Assembly: GCF_000981445.1 (NCBI RefSeq)
Contig: NC_027217.1
Span: 2,604,001 to 2,668,000, forward strand
From: Babesia bigemina
Taxonomy: Eukaryota
Reading direction: 5' to 3'
DNA: 64,000 nt
Below the pieces are notes generated by a model. That model made no database searches and was not told the DNA's origin. It worked only from the letters and a program-made list of their open reading frames with translations. Both the position numbers and the translations under genes were made by a program. This document shows, piece by piece, positions 11,189-22,560 of the stretch (within the stretch, counting starts at the first letter, position 1; each line of letters opens with the position of its first letter).

Positions 11189-11795
11189 ATGGGAGTCCGC
11201 TGCGATTGTCATTAGATTGGATAAATACAGAGAAGTTCAAGAAGCAGAAGTATGAAGACCTTATCGAGGACCTCAAGGCGCGACAGTTTAACCAGCAAAC
11301 CAAGATCAGGGTTATCCCCTACGTGATGACGTGGGAGGGAATAGTGACAAAGGAGCACAGCAAGTATAGACGGGACCTGGGCATATAGGATCGCATAGAA
11401 GCCTACATACAACGGGTAGTGATCCAAGAAACACATAAAATAGTGATGAGGGATATGAAGCCGAAAGAAGACTACGATTCCGTAGAAGACCCTCAGGCCC
11501 AAACTGGATGGATGCCTGCATGGATGGCACCAGTTACGATCGGCAACGGAACGGCGTGTATCCCACAACCAGTATCAGCCTGATGCAGTAGCCCCGCAAA
11601 ATCGAAAACCGGCCCTAGGCACGTAGCCACATAGCACACTATAAGATGAGATAACTTAATTTAACATGAACGGCTATAGGTTACTACATGACGGAGAAGC
11701 GTATGTGGCCCTTCCACAAGCTCCACGACTACCTCTACAGCCTCCCGGATATTTACGACCCCTACGAGCGATATCCACCTGAAGGCACGTACTAG
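11189..11795 (+). pseudogene. Disrupted Cys-rich single-TM family member 2 (subtype A), middle replaced by a retroelement fragment
   Basis: 11189 ATG gives MGVRCDC (family-like CxC start) then stops. 11673-11795 reads AIGYYMTEKRMWPFHKLHDYLYSLPDIYDPYERYPPEGTY*, sharing the 12-residue PDIYDPYERYPP with member 1. Confidence 0.75.
11209..11669 (+). mobile_element. 5'-truncated, inactivated 3' end of a non-LTR retrotransposon (restriction-like endonuclease type) with short 3' UTR
   Basis: Frame reads EKFKKQKYEDL...IRVIPYVMTWEGIVTKEH...LGI*(TAG 11386-11388)DRIEAYIQRVVIQET...TGA 11581-11583. The K..KY..L / IPYVMTW(D/E)GIVT / EAYIQ pattern is what I recall from the C-terminus of RLE-bearing non-LTR reverse transcriptase ORFs. 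Boundaries are approximate. Confidence 0.75.
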
Positions 11796-12211
11796 TTATG
11801 GGAAGCCAGCGCGACGCATTTTACCTCAGTGGTAGCATTGAATCGAATGTAGTAAAGTCAGAAGCATCGGAGTGAACCCAAGTTGAAGGAGTATCCAGAC
11901 AAGCAATTTTTTAGCTTGGGTAGGAATTCTAAATTACTTTGTCAAGAAGTCAAGCAGGACTATTAGCGTAATATGTGGCGCAATAATGCATCACGCTGAT
12001 GGCGTTTTTATTTATTGCCACGCCACGATTGACCATCGCTCTAAAATATGCATATTAGGATAGAAGTGTAGGTTTGAAGATTATATCTCACAAACTTCGG
12101 AACAATGAATATTTGAAGATTTATTGTGATACATTCATCCCACAATTGTAAGTTATCACATGTGCCGGCAAAAGCCGCCTGGCAGTCACAAGTAGCCCTA
12201 GATGACACATT

Positions 12212-13947
12212 TTAATTCTTTTCGATCATTTCACGAATGTAGTCACTCAAACTCGTTGGTATTAGCGTTGCAAAGTCGCTAACGTCTGGAGATACAGCAC
12301 CGGCGGTTATAAAGAACGGTGACGACTCCTCCTTCGCCGTTCCGCTGTCACCAGATAAGTTAAACCTATTACGCATCCCTCCTAGCAGTGGCAATCTTGT
12401 TTCGATAAAATAACGAGCACACCACTCCCTGACAGCGTATGATTCCACGCAGTGTGACAGTAACAGCATCTGCATAATGTCATCGTGAGCATATTCGGCC
12501 GTCCGTATACCATGCTTGAACACCTCTGCCTCCAGGATGGAAAAGGCTCCGGGTTTCTGTGACACATTAAAGCAAAACATGCTATTTGGGAAAATACTGT
12601 ATCGCCAGTAATGTTTCCCCCATATAACATTGCAATTTTATGATGCATGCACAGAACTGACTGCGCTGCCAATTTATACACGGTGTCGATACATCAGAAA
12701 TACCACTGCCAAACACATGAACGCATATAAAAGAAACGCATTATAACATAACTAGTAATATTTTCTACCATTAACAAACGATTATATAAATAAATATGCA
12801 CGCTCCTTTCACCATACAGTCAACAGATCACGAATATCACGTCACTGTGCGACATTTAGTACAATGAATCATTCACTAGTACATCATGTCATACCACCAC
12901 AAACTACACAGGCTTTCTATAGCAATAACTATTAATATTTATATACATATTCACCAGAACCACCCCGAAAAAACTTGTGCTATTAACCCACCTGGCACAG
13001 CTCAGCACGTCTCTCCATCACCTTCATCTTCGCGACACTGAGATCGAATGCCGTTCTTAATACGAAAACAGCGATCCTATCAGAGATTTCAAACAGCTTG
13101 ATCGCCTTGGTTCTATCACTGTCCTTAGCGGATGCATTCGCATCCATCCTGTTCGTGCTACCAGCGGTAGGTATGAACAGATTCCTTACTTCTGCGATTT
13201 GTTGCGATAGATAGTTACACATTCTTTTGATCGTAGAGCTGGTTTCCTGTACCCTTCCCCAGTCGTCATCAAATTTATGAGCAATAGTGAGGACGTCGCT
13301 ACAGGCTTCCCCTATAGTATTCGCCACATCCTCCGCACTATCAGCGGAGCTTTCGCATGTTTCGACTCTTGACCTCAGCTGGACCAGTTCCAGTTGCAGG
13401 TCCTCCAACCCGTACAGAAAATCGTCATCCAACCAAGGGTGCGTTGACCGGGCTAACAACTTTCGTATCTTCTCACCTATCCCTAAGCTGACCATCTTGA
13501 AAAACTGCATCCACACATCTGCTGAAAAGCACCTCATTAGCAATTGACGCCTCGCCTACAAAATTCTCTCTATTGCAGATATTGACCTACCGAATCCAGC
13601 CGTTTGTTGATGCACGCACCTAGTCTAATAGGGTCCAACAACAGTAGATTGTTTTGCGATATATGCCGTTTCGCGTAGGAAGGATCATCTGATGTGTCCA
13701 TTCCGTAATACAGTCGTTGCAGTACCCTGGACTCAAAAACGAGTTTGCGGAACGGCAAGTCGACGAGCACTGCCTCAGGCACAGATTCAAAAACACTACT
13801 CGTGCCGTCATCATTGTATTCCTTCACTAGACGCCTAGCTACTTGAGGCTTCATGAGCCCCGCTCGACAGGTGACTCCATCCGGTAGTTGCTCGATTACG
13901 GCAGCCAGAGCACCCTTAGACTGCGATACACTATTAACATTAGCCAT
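12212..13947 (-). CDS. Hypothetical multi-exon protein with coiled-coil segment
   Basis: ORFs 13570-13968, 12983-13543 and 12212-12580 join in phase 0 via introns 13556-13590 (GTAGGT..TTTGTAG, 35 nt) and 12557-12991 (GTGGGT..TCACAG). 5' end uncertain. Confidence 0.55.
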
Positions 13948-14426
13948 CTGCACAGCTAAATTAAGCAATTATGGCGATATTATCATCTGTGTTACATTTT
14001 ATTCAAATGTGTAGCACGACCTTGCTACACACCTTCATTGATAAAGGTCAGCGCACCCACAAAAAGCAGCCTTCTGTACTGCAAAAAATTATATAAAGTA
14101 GTTCATTGTATCGTATCGATTTAATACGAATGCATTGTAAGGTGTATTTGTCATTGGTGGCTGCCAGCACCCAGTTCCAGCAACAGGGTAACCGCCTGGT
14201 GAGGCGTCTCGTCAGTTGCGTTACCACTTCTGCATTGTGTTTATATGTTGCAAATAGATTAAGAGATCGAGTTCCGACCATTTAACCGTTGAATTACTGA
14301 GATCGTTGACCATTAAATGGCCACACGACCACCATTCTTTAACTCTTGGTATCACCAAATCACTAACAATGTGGAAGCTTTGTTCTCATTTACACTAACA
14401 ATTGAATTCAGTTCCGCATGTGCAAG

Positions 14427-15749
14427 TCACTCGTCCTTGATCTGGGCTTCCAGTTGGGCGATCTCGTTTTGCAGAATTTCGAACTGCTTGTTACCCTCCT
14501 CTATAAGTGCCGCAAGGTCGAGAGAGCTGCTGTGCAGCAGGATCAGCTCCTGACCCGTCAGCCGGCTTGCGTAATCAAAAGCTTCGTATCTACCGCGTTC
14601 CGCTGCATCTGCTACTGCTTGGTTGTGCATAGGGGCGTCCGCGTCAGCCAGGTCCTCCTCGTTGATGCCTTCGGTGGCTGCCTTGAAGCTGTCGTCCACG
14701 AGCGGCATGTTGAAAAGGTGCCTTAGTGTGTTCACGCCGCCAACTTCACTGTTCACGGTGTACGTGTTGGTGTCCGTCTGCATTTCCATCACGGACGACT
14801 TGGGGTCACTGCTCGTGACCAGTGCCTCGAGGTGGTCGCAAGTTGCTGCGTCGTAGATGTGCCTCTGGCGCCAGACATTGATGCAGGTGATGATGTGCAC
14901 CGAGTTGCTGCACTTGATGCGATTTGAATGCGTGATGGCCGGAATGCAGAACCGCTTGAGCCCGGTCTCCAGGAACGATATCGGGTGGCTCCACGCCTTC
15001 CCGAATTTGTGTATGAGGTGGTTGTAGACGTAGAAAATCCCCAGCCTCGTTACTGCGGCGTTGGTGGGTATGGACACGAAAACGTCGTGCATGAGCTGCA
15101 TTAGTGCTCCCGGCGGGTACGGGTACTTCGCCGCCAACGACGCTGCCCCCTCTATGGCAGCCTGTGTCGTGTCAAGCGTCCTAAACTTGTTAGTGAGCGC
15201 CGATTCGGGGAATATTTCCTCCCCGAGCTCTTTCCTTTTGTCTGCGTCCGGTATGTGTCGCAGTTTGTCTTCCAGATCCGGGTGCGCCGCGACGTACTCC
15301 GAGAGGTACTTCGACATTTCTACTGCATTGCCGATGATGCTGCTCGGCAGGAAGCTGAGCAGGCCGATATTGGGGGTTTCCGTGGCCGGCTGCGCCGGCG
15401 CGTGATCCTTGTAATTCGTCGCAATGTGCAAACCTAGGTTAGTGGGTGTGAAAACGACGCTCGGCGGATTCTCCGGCGCTGCTGGCTTAATGATAACGTC
15501 GCTCGCAAATCTCACTCGACGCTCCGGCGCGTTGTTGCCGGTTTCCGCCGCCGTCTCCTCTTTGGCGGATCCTTCGTCCACGGCCGTGTGCGAGCGGTTG
15601 GAGTTCGTCTCCTCCGCGTCCAGCGGAACATCGCTGATATCCGCTTCACTGTAATTGTCCTGCAGTATAATTTCCCGGTGGAAGGTCGAGTCTTCGTCCT
15701 CTGAGCGACCTTCCTCGTCGTCCGACAGGGGACTCAACTCCACCTCCAT
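14427..15749 (-). CDS. CTD-interacting (CID/RPR) domain protein, Rtt103/RPRD-like
   Basis: LTNKFRTLDTTQAAIEGAA...RLGIFYVYNHLIH...CINVWRQRHIY matches the CID pattern; C-terminal coiled coil; likely start MEVELSP at 15749. Confidence 0.7.
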   Translation of the reverse strand: MEVELSPLSDDEEGRSEDEDSTFHREIILQDNYSEADISDVPLDAEETNSNRSHTAVDEGSAKEETAAETGNNAPERRVRFASDVIIKPAAPENPPSVVFTPTNLGLHIATNYKDHAPAQPATETPNIGLLSFLPSSIIGNAVEMSKYLSEYVAAHPDLEDKLRHIPDADKRKELGEEIFPESALTNKFRTLDTTQAAIEGAASLAAKYPYPPGALMQLMHDVFVSIPTNAAVTRLGIFYVYNHLIHKFGKAWSHPISFLETGLKRFCIPAITHSNRIKCSNSVHIITCINVWRQRHIYDAATCDHLEALVTSSDPKSSVMEMQTDTNTYTVNSEVGGVNTLRHLFNMPLVDDSFKAATEGINEEDLADADAPMHNQAVADAAERGRYEAFDYASRLTGQELILLHSSSLDLAALIEEGNKQFEILQNEIAQLEAQIKDE

Positions 15750-16498
15750 GTTGCCGCGTATCGTGTAAGGAACACAGGAAGCTACGCCGCGATATCGCCT
15801 ACTGCTACAGCATGCAATGATTGCCAGCAGTGTGCGCGGAGCCTTCCTTTTTGTCGGGTGCACGCAAAACGCTTGGGTCGCGGCTTGGCTCCGCGGCCAT
15901 TGTCCAACACACACGCCTTTTCCCAACCTTCTAAGCAATACAGACGTTTGGTTCCATATTTATGCGTACTGCATAGGCTTATGCGGCGCTTATCGAAGGT
16001 AGCGGGCCACCGTTTAGTAGACACATTACACCGCGCAGAAGAATCTGGCAGCTGGTGTTCAAATACAGCCTTCGTGCGCCGTGTGTATCATTCGTCCGGA
16101 AAATTGGCAATCGGCCGCTTTGGTTGCGAGAAGTCGCTGGAAAAACAGCGACATTGAGTGTGCGAGCCATCAGGAGTCGCTAATGGGCCCGTCGTTTGGT
16201 GGCGCAGGCGATCACCGTTCTTCATTCTAAAACCTTTGCCGTGTCACGGCTTGTGTCGACCCTGTGAAAGCGGGTTAGTTTTGTCGCTTCGAAAAGAAGC
16301 ATCCAAGGTGTGTGTTGGCGCTTGTCTAACAACATTTCGAGACTGATTCCATCGCCCTTCGCTTAATCTAAGTGGCGTTTTTGAGTAAGTTCCATTTGTA
16401 ACGCTTCTGTGTGTAGCTATTTTCGCCGGTGAATCCACAGGTTCGAGCGCCCTTAGTACCCCCGTCCCCTGTTTTTACTTCCGGTTACAATTCTCAAG

Positions 16499-17224
16499 AT
16501 GTCCGGTGGACTTGGTGAAGGTGTGTTCTCCCGACTACTGTCCTTGTGGCAAAAGCTGCGAGGTGAAACTGTTCGGTTTGTCGACGCAGTGACAAATCCT
16601 GTGTCGCATGCCCCGTCCGAAGCCGACGAAAATGACGGCAAAATCTCAGATGTGTCTCCAGCAAGCTCATTGAGCACCGAGGAGGGTTTGGATGACATGT
16701 TGGCGCTCGAGGGTACAACAAGCGGCCGGCTGTCAACGAACTCCGACGTCGTTGACACCACCAACGAGTTCATCACAATGCTCGACGAGGTACGCTGCGA
16801 TGGCGAATGTTTGAAAGAGACCCTCGACGCGTCGTGCGCTAACAACCGTACGGATGTGCCGTTGGAAGACCTGCTTGAGGTCACCGTGGGGCTGCACAAG
16901 AACGTGGAGAGGCGTGTTGACGATCTGTTGGAAAAGCTGTCCGACAAAGGTGTGAGTATCGAGTGCCCAAAGGCGGAGCTACCCGAAACAATACCCGAGG
17001 CAGTGCACGTGGCGGGCGCCAAGGAAAAAGGCCTTGCATTGAAACGTGGCCGCTGCCGCCGCAGCCAGCGCAACCTCTACCCGACCCCAAAGCTGGACGA
17101 AACCCGCCCACATAAGGTCCCCAAAAAGGTCGCACCCACTGATTTGAAGCAGCTCGACTTGTCCAAAGAGACGCGTGAATTGCTCGAGCTCGACTCCCCG
17201 ATGCACAGCAAGGACCAAAAATAA
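16499..17224 (+). CDS. Hypothetical protein (241 aa)
   Basis: Clean ATG ORF with coding-like composition; no family recognised. Confidence 0.6.
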   Translation: MSGGLGEGVFSRLLSLWQKLRGETVRFVDAVTNPVSHAPSEADENDGKISDVSPASSLSTEEGLDDMLALEGTTSGRLSTNSDVVDTTNEFITMLDEVRCDGECLKETLDASCANNRTDVPLEDLLEVTVGLHKNVERRVDDLLEKLSDKGVSIECPKAELPETIPEAVHVAGAKEKGLALKRGRCRRSQRNLYPTPKLDETRPHKVPKKVAPTDLKQLDLSKETRELLELDSPMHSKDQK

Positions 17225-17585
17225 GCTGCTCGGCCTCCCATCTGGGTTTGCTCTATGAGCTTCGTAGCGGGGCGACTTGAATCCTTGTGGACCGACTAAT
17301 TTGACATTCACATAATACTATGTGTGTGGCATGGGTGCTGTGGGCGTATCTGCCCGTTCCGTTTCTGTTTGTTGCCTTCATCACAAATGCAGTTGTTGTG
17401 CCGTGTGACCTACAATTAACTTACACCGCCATTGTTTGCTGAGAGAAAACACGAAATGATGCTGCAAGCAGCCATAATATCTGAAATCTTAATATCGGTG
17501 TTATTGGTACAGGGTTTGCGAGGGGTGCCAGTTGACTGAAATGTTGCTGCGAACATTGCCTCCCATGCGAACGCTGCCGATGGAA

Positions 17586-18569
17586 TTACATTAACATCTC
17601 CTGCACTGAAAGGTCGTCAGTAGGCTCAGTTGGTGTATTCGGGGAGAAAGACCGAATGAACTCTTGCATCAATGACCCCATGGTTGTCGCACACTCGTGC
17701 AATTGCTTCTCATACATTTTCGCGACGCCTCCATTCCCTTTACCACCCTGGCTGGATAGCATGCTCTTTATAGCTTGTGAGTCAATTCGATGTACGACTG
17801 CGTATTCTGACGAGTGTTCCTTCTCCTTGTTTTCCGTCTCAGTGAGGTACGCGTAGAAGAAGTCCTGATAAGCCGGGTCGATGGCGATGAGTTCCCGAAT
17901 GGACCTGGACAAGATGCGCAGAGTCCTCTCTATGCGGTCGCCTGCCATCTGAATAATGTAACTTCCACTAGGCGGTAGCTCCGAGCACTGAAGCAGCTGC
18001 TTGTATGCTACCTTGGAGCTGGCCAGTTCGTAGTGGGCCTGTGTGATGTTTTTCCGTAGGCAGGCCTCACGATCATGGTGCGCGACTGACACCATCGGTG
18101 CCTCATTGAGAGTGTAGATGAGCTCGTTTGGCGTCATTGGGCGGTCGCCTATCATGACCGGTAGGTTCGGCCTCTCAGGCGTATCGGTGACGGCAAACTC
18201 TTGAATCTTATCTAAGGCCTTCTCCAGATGCATGTCAGAAAAACCTCTTAGTTTGTGGCACAATGCACGCGTTGTATCCGATGCTTCCCGTAGCGACTGA
18301 TAGTTGAGCTCCTTCGCGCTTTTCGCTCCGCATAGTTGTGGCTGCATGTCGGTCTCAACGCCGCATTGGGGTAGAAGCGTCAACAACTCCTCAAGGCATT
18401 CGTGCGAACGGTTCAGTGTTTCTGCAAGCGCGCGAGTGCAATGATGAAGTTCGGCTATATTTTTGTGTGCAGCGTCCACGGCACCCTGGAGGCGATACAC
18501 GCCAGCAGCATCCCGATTTCTGGTGCCCACACCGCCCCCATTTTCGTGCAAAATATAATGCATCTTCAA
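17586..18569 (-). CDS. Hypothetical helical/coiled-coil protein; 5' exon structure uncertain
   Basis: Open frame over 300 codons with coding-like composition; no family recognised. Confidence 0.6.
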   Translation of the reverse strand: MKMHYILHENGGGVGTRNRDAAGVYRLQGAVDAAHKNIAELHHCTRALAETLNRSHECLEELLTLLPQCGVETDMQPQLCGAKSAKELNYQSLREASDTTRALCHKLRGFSDMHLEKALDKIQEFAVTDTPERPNLPVMIGDRPMTPNELIYTLNEAPMVSVAHHDREACLRKNITQAHYELASSKVAYKQLLQCSELPPSGSYIIQMAGDRIERTLRILSRSIRELIAIDPAYQDFFYAYLTETENKEKEHSSEYAVVHRIDSQAIKSMLSSQGGKGNGGVAKMYEKQLHECATTMGSLMQEFIRSFSPNTPTEPTDDLSVQEMLM

Positions 18570-18974
18570 AGACTAACTGCTGGTCGGTGGCTGCTGTCGA
18601 CGTGCCGTTTTCCTCTAGTTGGAAGATTCGCATCTTCCTATGTGATCCAATTTTTCAATTTCGTGATCCCCATCAGTAGGTTGTTAAAACACCATCATAT
18701 GCGATGATGACCTTGTTTATCTGTTATACGCAGTAGAGAACGCATGAGACGAGGCGCTGGACGCCCGAGGTGGCAGTGCAGATTTTACGTATATGTGAGC
18801 AATGGCCATTTGACACATCGTTTGCACAACACGAACCGCATGAGTTTAGTTCATGATGACACCATCATCATATATAGCGTTAACACGGGTTTTTAGTAGT
18901 GATAGTTGATACTGCATTGCAAGTTCTCGGCACATTGGCGCGACACCGGTTTGCTGTATAACCCAATCCGGGGA

Positions 18975-19985
18975 GTCATCTGTTCTTCTTAGGTTTAATG
19001 CGATACACACCATTCCGGTCTCCGAAATGGAATGGCGATTTGGTATTCTTCAGTTCCTTGATTCGTTTCCTGCAATCCATTTGCCAACGGTGCCACAATC
19101 GGCTCATACCTTCTCTCGATGTCGACGAACCGTGAGCCACCCTTAGTGTCAGTGAAGAGCTTGACCCCGAGTTCTTTCTCCTGTACGTATATTAGCAAAT
19201 GGCAACGGTACATTGACCGCAGGGGGAATAGTCGGCCCATACGACTCGGTTCAACCAACGTACCAGTTCTTTGTTCTTCTCCACGTGGCGTTTGAGTGCC
19301 CGTGAGCGTTGCATGAACTCGTTGTAAGGCATCTTCCTGTTTTTTGCGATCTACATGAGTGATGTGTGCCTCGCAAGAATAAGTTTATAAATGCGGTCGG
19401 TGCATTAAGCAGGACCATCACATGAACCACCTTTGGAGTTCACCCAGAGTTGTATTTCACCACCGATACGTTATGTAACCAGCATGCAAACCGACGTGAG
19501 TCTCACCTTTCCGCCGAGTGCTATGAGCTTGGCGTTGGTGTACTGGCGCTTTGCGATAGGGTCCAGGTGCGGATAAACTGCAGCGCATTTGAGCCTAACA
19601 ACGACTACGTCCACCCACCCAGGTTATGCAGGTCATTTACCGCCTCCTTAAAGGCACGTTTCTGCCTTGCCGTTTCTGGATCGAGCTGCCATGGTTTGCG
19701 ATGTTGCGCATCCTGTTTGTCCTGCGCATGGTTCTCCGGCTCAGTTACGGTAGTATCCTGCTGTTCCTCGACCTTTTCAAGCGCAGCGAACGTCTCTTCT
19801 ACTTTGTCTAGCGGTGTCAAGGGCACCTTCTTTGCCTTTGCTTTCGCCTTGCGGCGCACATCCTTGCGCTCAACGTCAATCGGCTTGAATCCCCAAAGCT
19901 TGTCAAGTTTCGCCTGCGCCGGTGACCTTCCAGCGTAAGGCGCTAATCGTTTGATTCTTTGTAGTTTGCTCCTCCGCAGCTTCAT
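18975..19985 (-). CDS. Faf1/C1orf131 (DUF4602)-like SSU processome assembly factor, multi-exon
   Basis: Spliced reading MKLRRSKLQR...YPHLDPIAKRQYTNAKLIALGGK|IAKNRKMPYNEF...|EKELGV...|KRIKELK...GDRNGVYRIKPKKNR*. The L.LG.K..KN..MPY and terminal G..NG motifs fit this family. Stop TGA at 18975-18977. Confidence 0.6.
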
Positions 19986-20068
19986 TTTTGTGCCCCGGCC
20001 GTCTGCACATCAGCCCGCCATGCCTGTGGCTTTGCGCGCTGTTCCGCGAGTAACCGCACTGCCGACAC

Positions 20069-22533
20069 ATGCTTCGTTGTTCCACGCTTTTTGGTGGACG
20101 TATAAAATCAACAGATAAACTTATTCGGGCCTATTGCCGCCGCTCCTTTCTCGCTTTCACCACCATGTCTAGCTCCACCGAGGTCGACGCCAAGCAGTAC
20201 CACAAGGCCCGCGTGGCTACGGTACAGGAATGGCGCTCGCAGAATGTAGCATACCCTCACAAGTTCCAGGTAAGCGTTCGTTGGGTTGCCGGCTGCTCCC
20301 TCACGGCGCTGCTGATGCATAGCTTAGCGATTGGATGTGTAACTGCACTATGGGTTCACACTTCGTATTTGCTGTGGTATAGTATCCATTGCAAGTGCTT
20401 TGTAGCTGGGGTTATGGTTACGTAAATGGCGGTTGTTCTTTGTGTTGCTTATTCTTCTCTGGCTCTGCGTGCTGGATCGGCTATCTAAGCTCGCCGTATA
20501 ACGGCTTGCGAAGGTGGATTTGTTTATACGCTCCTATTTTGCTCGGTTGAGTTGAGTGTAGATGCTTAGAAGCGCAAGATGTGCTAAGGATTTCACGTTG
20601 CCTTTGTTGTAGTTAACCGTAATATCAACCACTTTCGTCATCATTATCGTGTGATGGATGTTTGACTTTCTATATTTACAATCATGTAACCGTGAGATTA
20701 CTCAACGTGTTGCGTTATGGCATCAAGTAGATCACGTGCACAGCGTACTATGTTAATGTCGGTGGGGTGTAGTGGTTTGGTGCCGTTGTCTATGCTGTTC
20801 CTATGTCGATGACATTCGCGAACCATTTCTGATTATGCTGCAGACGAACATGAACGTGGCGCAATTCATTGATAAATATGAGCACCTCGTTCCCGGTCAG
20901 TACATGGAGCGTGAGGAGGTGCGCATCGCCGGCCGTATTTCCCGCATTGCCTCGAGCTCGTCCAAGCTGCGCTTCTACGACATGCGCTCAAACGGCCTGC
21001 GCCTGCAGGTGTTCGTGAACTACGAGTACCACAACTCCAAAAGCGGCGACTTCAACGAGATTTACAACTCCATTAAGCGTGGTGATGTCGTGGGCATCGT
21101 CGGTTTCCCTGGTGGGTTGTTTTCCGCATAGCCGATGTCATTTACACCTAGGGCGCTCTAAGAGGGGAGAATTGAGTGTGTTCCCGCGCGAGACCATGCT
21201 CCTGACCCCGTGCCTGCACATGCTTCCCGACAAGTCGGGTCTCAAGGACCCGGACACCCGCTACCGCCAGCGCTACTTGGACTTCATCATGAACGAGGAC
21301 TCAATGAACGTGATGCACATCCGCTCCCGCATTGTCGCCTTCACTCGCAAGTTCTTCTCCAGCCGTGACTTCATGGAGGTGGAGACACCGACCCTGAACG
21401 TACAGTGCGGTGGTGCCTCGGCCCGGCCCTTCATCTCACACCACAACGAGCTGGATATCGACCTGTTCTTGCGTGTCGCGCCCGAGCTGCCGCTCAAGAT
21501 GATCGTGGTTGGCGGGTTCGAGAAGGTGTTCGAGATCGGCAAGTGCTTCCGTAACGAGGGTATCGACATGACCCACAACCCCGAGTTCACCAGCTGTGAG
21601 TTCTACTGGGCATACGCGGACTACAACGACCTGATTGAACTGACTGAGGACTACCTGAGCTCCCTGGTGCTCGAGATCCACGGCGGTTACACCTTCCCAT
21701 ACCACCCCGAAGGCCCTGAGGGACCTGAGATCATCCTCGATTTCAAGCCACCGTTCGAGCGCATCTCCCTCATTGACAGTGGGTTTGGTTTGCATTATTA
21801 CTGACGCCTTTTTAGCCCTCGAGCGCGAAATCGGCACGACCTTCACCCCCCCGTACAACTCCGAGGAGAATTGCGCGAAGTACCGCGAGGCCATCAAGAA
21901 CGCCGGTCTGGAGATGCCCAAGCCCGCCACCCCCGCCAAGCTTCTTGACAAGCTGGTCGGCCACTACATCGAGGACCGCATCGGCAACCGCCCGGCCTTC
22001 GTCATGGACCACCCGCAGTGCATGTGCCCGCTCTCCAAGTGGCACCGCAGCCGCCCCGACCTCTGCGAGCGTTTCGAGGTCTTCATCTGCGGACGTGAGC
22101 TGATCAACGCCTACACCGAGCTGAACGACCCCTTCAAGCAGCGCGAGTGCCTGCAGGAGCAGCGCAAGGTGCGTTCACCGTTTTAGTTTTTCATAGTTCG
22201 GCAGGCCAGGGAAATGGGTGATGACGAAGCCCAAGATGTCGACGAGGGCTTCTGCGTTGCCCTGGAATACGGTCTCCCACCGACCGCCGGTTGGGGTGCC
22301 GGTATCGACCGGTTGACCATGTTCTTGAGCGACCGCAACAACATCAAGGTACGCATTCCAGTCGCGACACTGACTTTTCGCAGGACGTCCTGTTCTTCCC
22401 GACCATGAAGCCGCTACCTGCCACTAACCCGACTCCCAACGCCCCCGCTGAGGGCAAGGCAGCCGATGACGCCGCCGACGCTCCCGCCCCGTCAGCCGGG
22501 CCCACGGAGGGCGACAAGCGCGAATCTCTCTGA
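20069..22533 (+). CDS. KRS1: Lysyl-tRNA synthetase, class II, cytosolic type; 6 exons
   Basis: YPHKF, OB-fold anticodon domain, RYRQRYLD, motif 2 [15 protein letters not shown], motif 3 [16 protein letters not shown]. Introns 20270-20843, 21112-21151, 21779-21815, 22169-22204, 22349-22383. In-frame ATGs at 20069 and 20165. Confidence 0.96.
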
Positions 22534-22560
22534 CACTTACTATTAATTACTCTAGTAACA

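Noticed and set aside
11386..11388. In-frame TAG in the retroelement frame as programmed readthrough or an alternative genetic code
   Set aside because: Other genes here use TAG as a normal stop and the element is truncated; a nonsense mutation is the simpler explanation.
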